NCBI GenBank assembly: GCA_039714835.1
Contig: JBDLIN010000001.1
Span: 1-58,379, forward strand
Length of the DNA: 58,379 bases
Source: Bacteroidota bacterium
GTDB lineage: Bacteria > Bacteroidota > Ignavibacteria > Ignavibacteriales > Melioribacteraceae
Direction of reading: 5' to 3'
Under the pieces are notes generated by a model that saw only the letters and a list, made by a program, of their open reading frames with translations, ran no database searches and was not told the DNA's origin. Numbering within the stretch: position 1 is the stretch's first letter; each line of letters opens with the position of its first letter. Below are positions 36,957-44,156 of the stretch, piece by piece. Made by a program: the position numbers and the translations under genes.

Positions 36957-37233
36957 CTACTTTGGTTTTATAATAAATCAATTCAATAAAATTTGATTTA
37001 ACTAAATGAAAGAGTATATAACCTTATTGTATATTAGAATTTAAGAGAATGCCTTTTTGTGACTGATATTAAAGAGTTTTTATTAAAATGGATTGCAGAA
37101 AAGTTATTATAACAAAACACATTAAGGATCACTTAAAACTTCCTCAGTAGTTCTCAGCAATGAATAATAATCTTTTTCAAAATTATCTTTGGCGATTAGA
37201 ATTTTTCGGATTGAATCTTTTTGACTTTTGAAC

Positions 37234-38202
37234 CTATTTTTCCAAATTATGCTTCTTAACTTTATCACGAAAAGTTGATAAACTTAAACCAAGTGCCCGC
37301 GCTGCTTTGGATTGATTTCCCTCTGAACGTTCTAGTGCATTTTCCAACAGATGACTTTCCACACATTTCATGATTTCTTCATAAGATAAATTATTGTTTT
37401 TAAAGCAACGCCCGCATGCTTTCAAGAACATATTTAACGGTTTATCCCCTTTTATCTCTGAAGGTAGATTATCTAAAGTTATTCTACCATTAGCAAAAAG
37501 AGCTATTCTCTGAATAACATTACGCAGTTCTCTTACATTGCCAGGCCAATTATAACTTGATAAAGCTTCAAGGGCTTCATCCACTACTTCAATCTTTTTT
37601 TGAGGTTCATAGTATTTTAAGTAATGCTCTACTAATATGGGAATGTCATCAACTCGATCACGCAGCGGAGGAATAACTATTGGGAAGACATTTATTCTGT
37701 AAAATAAATCCATCCTGAATTTACCCTGAACTACCATCTCCGAAAGATCAATTTTAGAAGCAGTAATCAATCTGATATCAAGGGGTATTGGCTTTTGCCC
37801 CCCAATAGGAGTAATTTCACCGGATTCTAATACACGTAAAAGTTTAGGTTGGAGATCAATTGGAAAGTCATCAATATCATCAAGAAAAATAGTTCCTTTA
37901 TTAGCTAGTTCAAATTGCCCTTTCTTTTCATGATCAGATCCTGTGAATGCACCTTTAACATGACCGAATAGCTCACTTTCAATAAGATTGGATGGTAACG
38001 AGGAAAGACTTACTTTGATTAAACTTTTATGATTTCTGTTGCTTGTGCGATGGATATATTCAGCAAATAATTCTTTTCCAACACCCGTTTCTCCAACTAA
38101 AAGAACTGCCCCTTCAGATGTTGCAATAGTGTTAACTCTTTGTAGAATTTTACGGATTGATTCGTTCTGCGTAACAAGATTATAAGAAGAAGGACTTTTC
38201 AT
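37234..38202 (-). CDS. sigma-54-dependent transcriptional activator (bEBP) lacking an N-terminal sensory/receiver domain
   Basis: The AAA+ core starts ~25 aa from the N-terminus. Walker A GETGVGKE, GAFTGS loop, Walker B FLDDIDD, NVRELRN, C-terminal Fis-type HTH (QSKAARALGLSLSTFRDKVKK). 322 aa. Confidence 0.88.
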   Translation of the reverse strand: MKSPSSYNLVTQNESIRKILQRVNTIATSEGAVLLVGETGVGKELFAEYIHRTSNRNHKSLIKVSLSSLPSNLIESELFGHVKGAFTGSDHEKKGQFELANKGTIFLDDIDDFPIDLQPKLLRVLESGEITPIGGQKPIPLDIRLITASKIDLSEMVVQGKFRMDLFYRINVFPIVIPPLRDRVDDIPILVEHYLKYYEPQKKIEVVDEALEALSSYNWPGNVRELRNVIQRIALFANGRITLDNLPSEIKGDKPLNMFLKACGRCFKNNNLSYEEIMKCVESHLLENALERSEGNQSKAARALGLSLSTFRDKVKKHNLEK

Positions 38203-38276
38203 ATTTTACCATCTTCATCTTTTATATTACTAAAATATAAAAAAATCTTCTTTAATCCCAGATTTTTCAACTTTGG

Positions 38277-38291
38277 TAACCTTGAAGGTTG
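38277..38291. promoter_or_regulatory. palindromic site TAACCTTGAAGGTTG (6-bp arms, 1-nt centre), copy 1
   Basis: Read directly, 75-89 nt upstream of the bEBP start. A 1-nt centre rules out an RNA hairpin, so a dimeric DNA-binding site is more likely. Confidence 0.45.
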
Positions 38292-38355
38292 ACTTTATAT
38301 TTTAAAATAAAAAGCTAAGAAAATATTAATTTTATTTTTAATTCATTACACTTGT

Positions 38356-38370
38356 TAACCTTCAAGGTTG
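38356..38370. promoter_or_regulatory. palindromic site TAACCTTCAAGGTTG, copy 2 (79 bp centre-to-centre from copy 1)
   Basis: Read directly. The same 15-mer apart from the central base. Confidence 0.45.
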
Positions 38371-38479
38371 GATTGTTTAGTAAATTTAATAAGAAATAGA
38401 TCGCAAATTAAACGGATTTAACTGATATGCATAGGAAAAAAAAGATAATACATTTGCCGCGAATTCACGAATTTTCTTC

Positions 38480-39370
38480 TTACACATGTTTCTCTGCATG
38501 ATAGGAACTTCTGACTAACGGACCAGATTCAACTGCCATGAATCCCATTTTTATTCCTTCTTCACGATACATATCAAATTCTTCAGGTGTTACAAATCGA
38601 TCAACAGGCAAATGATCCTTCGTTGGTTGGAGATATTGTCCAATAGTCATTATATCACATCCTTGCTCTCGAAGATCTTTCATGATCTCAATCACTTCAT
38701 CAGTTCTTTCACCAATTCCAACCATTATGCCACTTTTTGTTCTAAGCCCTTTATCTTTAAACCACTTTAATAATTTTAGACTTCTTTGATAATCAGCTTG
38801 TGGACGAACAGCATGATATAATCTTCCAACGGTTTCTAAATTATGATTGAGAATATCAGGTGGATGCTTCATAATAATTTCAAATGCTTCTTTCATTCCT
38901 TTAAAATCGGGGATGAGAATTTCTATTGTTGTTTCCGGCATTTTCTCTTTGATCAATTTGACAGTCTCAGAGAAAATTGTAGATCCTCCATCTTTCAGTT
39001 CATCACGATCAACAGAAGTGATAACAACATGTTTAAGCTCAAGATCAACTACAGATTCTGCTACCCTTCTTGGTTCGTCCAAGTCAAGTTCATTAGGGAT
39101 TCCCATCTTGACATTGCAGAAGCCACAACTACGAGTACAAGTATCTCCAAGAATCATAAAAGTGGCTGTTTTGTTATTCCAACATTCTGCTAAGTTCGGG
39201 CAGTTTGCTTCTTCACAAACTGTACTTAGTGATGATCGTCTCATTAAATCCAAAACATCTCGATAATTTTGTCCGCTTGGAAGTTTAACTTTTAACCAAT
39301 CCGGTCTTCTGCCTAGATCTTTTTTATCAACAGTATCTCTATATTTTCTTTGGTGCTTATTTAATTTCAT
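38480..39370 (-). CDS. lipA: lipoyl synthase
   Basis: CEEANCPNLAECW auxiliary cluster and CTRSCGFC radical-SAM motif. 296 aa. Confidence 0.92.
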   Translation of the reverse strand: MKLNKHQRKYRDTVDKKDLGRRPDWLKVKLPSGQNYRDVLDLMRRSSLSTVCEEANCPNLAECWNNKTATFMILGDTCTRSCGFCNVKMGIPNELDLDEPRRVAESVVDLELKHVVITSVDRDELKDGGSTIFSETVKLIKEKMPETTIEILIPDFKGMKEAFEIIMKHPPDILNHNLETVGRLYHAVRPQADYQRSLKLLKWFKDKGLRTKSGIMVGIGERTDEVIEIMKDLREQGCDIMTIGQYLQPTKDHLPVDRFVTPEEFDMYREEGIKMGFMAVESGPLVRSSYHAEKHV

Positions 39371-39465
39371 TACTTGTTCTTTCTATATCTTGATGTCCAA
39401 AGATAATGAACTACACCGCTGCAAGCAACGGGATATCAATCGGGATATTTATAATTGTCCTAAAT

Positions 39466-39503
39466 AACGGGGAATTAAACTCTTGTCCTCCGGCGGATTA
39501 AAA
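39466..39503. repeat. short copy of the GC-rich intergenic element family
   Basis: aataacggggaattaaactcttgtcctcc-ggcggattaaaa aligns with aaccgcggggagttcatcccttgtccgcc...gcggattaaaa at 14146..14209, minus a ~24-nt internal segment. Confidence 0.5.
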
Positions 39504-39584
39504 AAAAGAAAGCTTTGATAATCACAATTCAATGTTCTAATTTGTTATATTTACAATAAATTATTTTAACATCAAGATTTTATT

Positions 39585-39983
39585 ATGTTTTGTCCAAGTT
39601 GTAATAATCCGATGATCATCCTTGAGTTTGAAGAAATTGAAACTGATTACTGCACAAACTGCGGGGGTATTTGGCTAGATGATGGAGAACTCGATTTACT
39701 TATAGAGAATTCTGAAAAAAAACAAAAATTGTTCAACTCGTTTTCTGAAGCACATAGTATTGAAGAGAAAAAAATCAAATGCCCTATTTGTAATAAAAAG
39801 ATGATAAAAACTTTCGTGGGTACTGATAAAGACGTCATTATAGATGAGTGTAAATATAAACATGGTTTGTGGTTTAATACTGGTGAAATTTTAGAAGTAA
39901 TAAAAAAAGGATCAGTGAATAAAGAAAATAGTATTATTAAATTTTTAGAAGATGTGTATAAGAATAAAATAGATGAGCAATAG
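39585..39983 (+). CDS. tandem zinc-ribbon protein (TFIIB-type Zn-ribbon, PF13453-like, two copies)
   Basis: CPSC...CTNCGGIWLDDGELD and CPIC...CKYKHGLWFNTGEI modules. Confidence 0.65.
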   Translation: MFCPSCNNPMIILEFEEIETDYCTNCGGIWLDDGELDLLIENSEKKQKLFNSFSEAHSIEEKKIKCPICNKKMIKTFVGTDKDVIIDECKYKHGLWFNTGEILEVIKKGSVNKENSIIKFLEDVYKNKIDEQ

Positions 39984-40063
39984 AAGGTAATATTATTTGT
40001 CAGATTGATTCAAGTAAATTTGTTGTAACAGATTAATAACTCTAATAATTTTCTGGAGGTAAA

Positions 40064-40618
40064 ATGAGCGTGTTTTTATTTTTTCTAATTGTTATTGCAG
40101 TAGTTGTAGTTTATGGAGTTTCAATTTATAACTCTTTGGTTCGTCTTCGTAATCAGGTGAAAAATGCTTGGTCACAAATTGATGTTCAATTAAAAAGACG
40201 ACATAATTTGATCCCAAACTTAATTGAAACCGTAAAAGGTTACATGACACATGAAAGAGATACTTTAGAAAACATAACAAAAGCTAGAAGTGCAGCCGTT
40301 GATGCTTCATCCATTGCCGATAAATCAAAGGCTGAATCTCAACTTTCGGGTGCTCTAGGAAAATTTAATTTAGTTGTAGAAAATTACCCGGACTTAAAAG
40401 CCAACCAGAATTTTTTGTCATTGCAGGAAGAATTAACTTCAACTGAAAATAAAATATCATTTGCGCGACAAAGTTATAATGATCAAGTTCTTTTTTATAA
40501 TAATAAAATTGAAATGTTTCCCTCAAATATATTAGCGGGCATGTACAATTTCAGTAAAGAAGAATTTTTCGAAATTGAAATTGAAGAGGAAAGAGAAGTT
40601 CCTAAAGTTAAATTTTAA
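40064..40618 (+). CDS. lemA: LemA family membrane protein
   Basis: N-terminal TM helix, then YNSLVRLRN..AWSQIDVQLKRRHNLIPNL...YPDLKAN...Y, typical of LemA. Confidence 0.85.
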   Translation: MSVFLFFLIVIAVVVVYGVSIYNSLVRLRNQVKNAWSQIDVQLKRRHNLIPNLIETVKGYMTHERDTLENITKARSAAVDASSIADKSKAESQLSGALGKFNLVVENYPDLKANQNFLSLQEELTSTENKISFARQSYNDQVLFYNNKIEMFPSNILAGMYNFSKEEFFEIEIEEEREVPKVKF

Positions 40619-40630
40619 TTCAATATTTTT

Positions 40631-41845
40631 ATGTGGGAATTAATTCAAGCAAATAGACGAAAGTCGATTATCCTTTTTATTGCAATGGGATTTATCTTAA
40701 TTCTGTTAGGTTATCTCTTTGGTGTATCTTTTTTGGGTAATGATGGTGGAGTCTTTGGGATTTTTATTGCAATATTACTTTGGAGTATCCTCTCCTTAGT
40801 TAGCTACTTTTCCGGAAGTAAAATAATACTCACATTAAGCAATGCAAAAGAAGTTACAAAAGAAGTACATCCTCAATTATTCAACATTGTTGAAGAAATG
40901 ACAATTGCAGCAAACCTTCCAAAAATGCCTAGAGTCTTTATCATAAATGATCAAGCTTTAAACGCATTCGCGACCGGAAGAAAACCGGAAGATAGTGTAG
41001 TTGCAGTTACAGCTGGTCTTCTGAGTCAACTCAACCGTGACGAACTTCAGGGTGTTATTGCGCATGAAATTTCTCACATTACTAACCGTGATATTTTATT
41101 CATGACATTCGCTGGAATAATGTTGGGAGCAATTGTTATTATGTCTGAAGTATTTCTGCGTGGATATTGGATAGGAGGAAGTTCTCTAAATCGTTACAAA
41201 AACAAAGCATCTGGTGGAGGAAATGCACAAGCAGTTATTATGATTGTAGCTCTTATACTTGCTATACTTGCCCCCATTTTAACCAGGCTTCTATATTTTG
41301 CAATTTCTAGAAAACGTGAATATTTAGCCGACGCAAATGGTGCGAGACTTACACGCTATCCAGAAGGCCTTGCTTCAGCTTTAGAAAAATTATCACAAAG
41401 CAGATTTAATTTACGGTCTGCTGTTAAAGCAACTGCTGGATTGTACATTGTAAATCCACTAAAAAAAACTGGGATGAAAATTTCAGATCTATCAAGTACT
41501 CATCCTCCGATCAGTGAGAGAATTAGAATTTTAAGGGGTATGGCGCACGGCGTGAATTTCGCTGATTATCAGAATTCATACAATAAAATTAAAGGTGATT
41601 CAGAATCTATAATTCCGGCTTCAGGATTGAAGTTATCTGAAGATATTCCAATTAGAAGTGAACTTGATCCAATTCATAATTTGACTAAAAAGGAAACTCA
41701 ACGTAAACTCGGAAATATTATAATGAATGTAAATGATTATAAATTTTACAACTGCAGTTGCGGAGTTACAATTAAAATTCCACCAACATTTGAAGGTGAG
41801 ACAATTAAATGTCCAAGATGCGGAGAAATTAATATAACTAACTAA
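40631..41845 (+). CDS. M48-family (HtpX-like) zinc metalloprotease with C-terminal zinc ribbon
   Basis: HEISH zinc motif, downstream EYLAD Glu ligand, 4 TM segments. C-terminal CSCG...CPRCG ribbon. Confidence 0.8.
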   Translation: MWELIQANRRKSIILFIAMGFILILLGYLFGVSFLGNDGGVFGIFIAILLWSILSLVSYFSGSKIILTLSNAKEVTKEVHPQLFNIVEEMTIAANLPKMPRVFIINDQALNAFATGRKPEDSVVAVTAGLLSQLNRDELQGVIAHEISHITNRDILFMTFAGIMLGAIVIMSEVFLRGYWIGGSSLNRYKNKASGGGNAQAVIMIVALILAILAPILTRLLYFAISRKREYLADANGARLTRYPEGLASALEKLSQSRFNLRSAVKATAGLYIVNPLKKTGMKISDLSSTHPPISERIRILRGMAHGVNFADYQNSYNKIKGDSESIIPASGLKLSEDIPIRSELDPIHNLTKKETQRKLGNIIMNVNDYKFYNCSCGVTIKIPPTFEGETIKCPRCGEINITN

Positions 41846-41919
41846 ACAATACTCACATCGAAATTTTCTAATGTATCCTTAACATGTTTTAAGAACTGGC
41901 CCCCTAGCATTCCATCCAC
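41842..41919 (-). pseudogene. orphan duplicate of the last 24-26 codons of the E2 acyltransferase gene
   Basis: The reverse complement translates to LVDGMLGGQFLKHVKDTLENFDVSIV*, versus the E2 C-terminus LVDGMLGGQFLKHVKDTLENFDVSSI* (42631..42708). There is no upstream ORF body. Confidence 0.8.
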
Positions 41920-41947
41920 TAATTTGTATATATAACATGATTCATAA

Positions 41948-41970
41948 AATTATACTTGCAATTATACTTG
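41948..41970 (+). promoter_or_regulatory. tandem 11-bp repeat AATTATACTTG x2 (12-bp period) upstream of vapB; candidate antitoxin operator/promoter
   Basis: Copies at 41948..41958 and 41960..41970, 35-57 nt upstream of the vapB ATG. GGAG RBS at ~41995. Confidence 0.45.
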
Positions 41971-42004
41971 TTTTTTATCATATTGTATTTAAAAGGAGAT
42001 TAAA

Positions 42005-42235
42005 ATGCCACAAGTATCATTATATATTGATAATGAAACATTTAAGAAAATTGGCAAAGCTGCCAAAATTGAAAAAAAATCCATTTCCAAATGGGTTTCA
42101 TCAAAGATTATAACTTCACTAAGTAACTCATGGCCAACAGAATGGTTTAATCTTTTTGGATCATTAAACGATGAGACATTTACAGAACCGGATGAACTCC
42201 GTTTCAGTGAAGATAACAAGAGAGAAAAACTATGA
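42005..42235 (+). CDS. vapB: type II antitoxin (VapB-like, probable ribbon-helix-helix)
   Basis: 76 aa. N-terminal beta-strand/helix pattern VSLYIDNETFKKIGKAAK, acidic C-terminal tail. 4-nt overlap (ATGA) with the PIN toxin gene. Confidence 0.7.
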   Translation: MPQVSLYIDNETFKKIGKAAKIEKKSISKWVSSKIITSLSNSWPTEWFNLFGSLNDETFTEPDELRFSEDNKREKL

Positions 42236-42630
42236 AGTATTTTCTTGATACGAATATTTGTATTTACTTTCTAAAAGGATTATATCCTAGTATCAAAGAT
42301 AAATTTCAACAGATCAATCCAAATGATATAAAAATCCCCTCAATAGTTAAGGCTGAACTATTATATGGTATAGAGAAAAGTGTAAAGAAAAAAAATAATC
42401 TTGAACTAGTAAATAATTTTCTCTTCCCTTTTGAGATCGTACCATTTGATAGTAGTGCAGCAGAATTCTATTCAAAAATAAGAAGTTCGTTAGAAAAATC
42501 CGGATCAATAATTGGCCCTAACGATTTAATAATTGCTTCCATTGTTGCAGCAAATAAAGGAACTCTAATCTCTAATAATGAGAAGGAATTCAAGAGAATA
42601 AAAAATCTTCAAGTAAAAAACTGGATTTAA
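42232..42630 (+). CDS. vapC: type II toxin VapC (PIN-domain ribonuclease)
   Basis: MKYFLDTNICIYFL (Asp6), conserved acidic residues further on (AEL, NDLIIAS). 132 aa. Confidence 0.85.
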   Translation: MKYFLDTNICIYFLKGLYPSIKDKFQQINPNDIKIPSIVKAELLYGIEKSVKKKNNLELVNNFLFPFEIVPFDSSAAEFYSKIRSSLEKSGSIIGPNDLIIASIVAANKGTLISNNEKEFKRIKNLQVKNWI

Positions 42631-43938
42631 CTAAATACTACTTACATCAAAATTTTCTAATGTATCCTTAACATGTTTTAAGAACTGTCCCCCTAACATT
42701 CCATCCACCAAGCGATGATCATGGCTAATTGAAAGATACATCATAGGTTTTATAGTAATCGAATCTACTCCGTCAACTTCAACAACCACCGGCTTCTTAA
42801 TAACAGCCCCTACCCCAAGTATTCCTACTTCCGGTTGATTTATAATTGGTGTGCCAAACTGCAATCCAAAAATTCCGTAGTTAGTTATTGAGAATGTTCC
42901 ATTCATAATATCATCAGGTTTTAAACCTTTGTTTCTAGCCTTCTCACCTACCTGAGATATTGCTTTTGCGAATCCTCTTACACTTAAATTCTCAGCATTT
43001 TTAATATTCGGGACTATTAAACCGTTTGGTTCAACTGCAACGGCAATTCCCAGATTAATGAATTTCTTCATAACAATATTTTTTCCATCAACTGAGGAAT
43101 TCATTAAAGGAAATTCTTTTAGAGCATTCACACATGCATAAGATATGAATGCCATATATGTCAATTTAACTTTTTCTGTCTTCCATAAATGATCTTTATG
43201 CTCTTGGATATAGTTATGGATTCTACTCATATCAACTTCATTTACAGCAGTTACATGAACAGATGTATCCCGACTATGTATCATGTGCTCCATGATCTTT
43301 TCTCGAATATTATCCATCGGAATTATTTCGGTTTCATCGCTACTGGTTACATCCACTGATGTATCCTTAATTAATTTATCCTTTTTTGATTTTTGAAGTA
43401 CAACTCCCTGCTCCTTTAGCTCCAAGTATTTAAGTATATCTTTTTTGGAAACCCTTCCCTCAATACCAGTACCTTGAATCGTCTCAAGCTCTGTTAAAGA
43501 TAAATTTTCTTTTCGGGCAATACTAAGAACAAGTGGTGAATAAAACCGATTTGAATCTGCTATATCAATTTTTTGCTCCTCTTGATTTATCTCTACTGAT
43601 TCTTCAACAAAAACTTTATCAACTTGATCTTTTTCAAGAGTTGCTTCAATTTCTTTAGATTTTGTTTTTATCTCATCTGAAGTTTGTTCAGGAATCGATC
43701 CCTCTGAATCAATTATTGCAACTACTGTATCAACATCGACCGTTTCCTGTTCATTCACAAGAATTTCCATCAATACACCGTCTGCAGGAGAAGGAATTTC
43801 TGTGTCAACTTTATCTGTGGCAATTTCATAAATGATTTCATCCTTCTTTACTTTATCACCAACATTCTTATGCCATTTGATCACTGTACCTTCATTTATA
43901 CTTTCACCCATTTTGGGCATAATTACATCTATTTTCAT
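42631..43938 (-). CDS. dihydrolipoamide acyltransferase (E2) of a 2-oxoacid dehydrogenase complex
   Basis: Lipoyl domain with IATDKVDTEIPSP, peripheral subunit-binding domain (SPLVLSIARKENL), catalytic SISHDHRLVDG. Confidence 0.9.
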   Translation of the reverse strand: MKIDVIMPKMGESINEGTVIKWHKNVGDKVKKDEIIYEIATDKVDTEIPSPADGVLMEILVNEQETVDVDTVVAIIDSEGSIPEQTSDEIKTKSKEIEATLEKDQVDKVFVEESVEINQEEQKIDIADSNRFYSPLVLSIARKENLSLTELETIQGTGIEGRVSKKDILKYLELKEQGVVLQKSKKDKLIKDTSVDVTSSDETEIIPMDNIREKIMEHMIHSRDTSVHVTAVNEVDMSRIHNYIQEHKDHLWKTEKVKLTYMAFISYACVNALKEFPLMNSSVDGKNIVMKKFINLGIAVAVEPNGLIVPNIKNAENLSVRGFAKAISQVGEKARNKGLKPDDIMNGTFSITNYGIFGLQFGTPIINQPEVGILGVGAVIKKPVVVEVDGVDSITIKPMMYLSISHDHRLVDGMLGGQFLKHVKDTLENFDVSSI

Positions 43939-44021
43939 TTCATCTCTCCAATCAAAAATTAAATAATCCTAATGATTATTAACAGCATTTAAATAATAAA
44001 AACAACCTACAAATTATTTTT

Positions 44022-44130
44022 TGTCATTCCGGCAATCTTTTAGCCCGCCTTCTAAAGCACTTGTACGGCGGACAGGCCGGAATCTTTAACTATACTAGAG
44101 ATTCCCGATAAAAACATTCGGGAATGACAG
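44022..44130 (+). mobile_element. MITE-like two-hairpin element (same family as 3046..3121) carrying a nested ~33-nt GC-rich insert
   Basis: tgtcattccggcaatcttttagcc[cgccttctaaagcacttgtacggcggacaggcc]ggaatc...ATTCCCGA-taaaaacat-TCGGGAATgacag. Collinear with the reverse complement of 3046..3121, except for the bracketed insert (44046..44078). Confidence 0.55.
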
Positions 44131-44156
44131 TTTGAATATTTCAGAAGTCTTTATTG

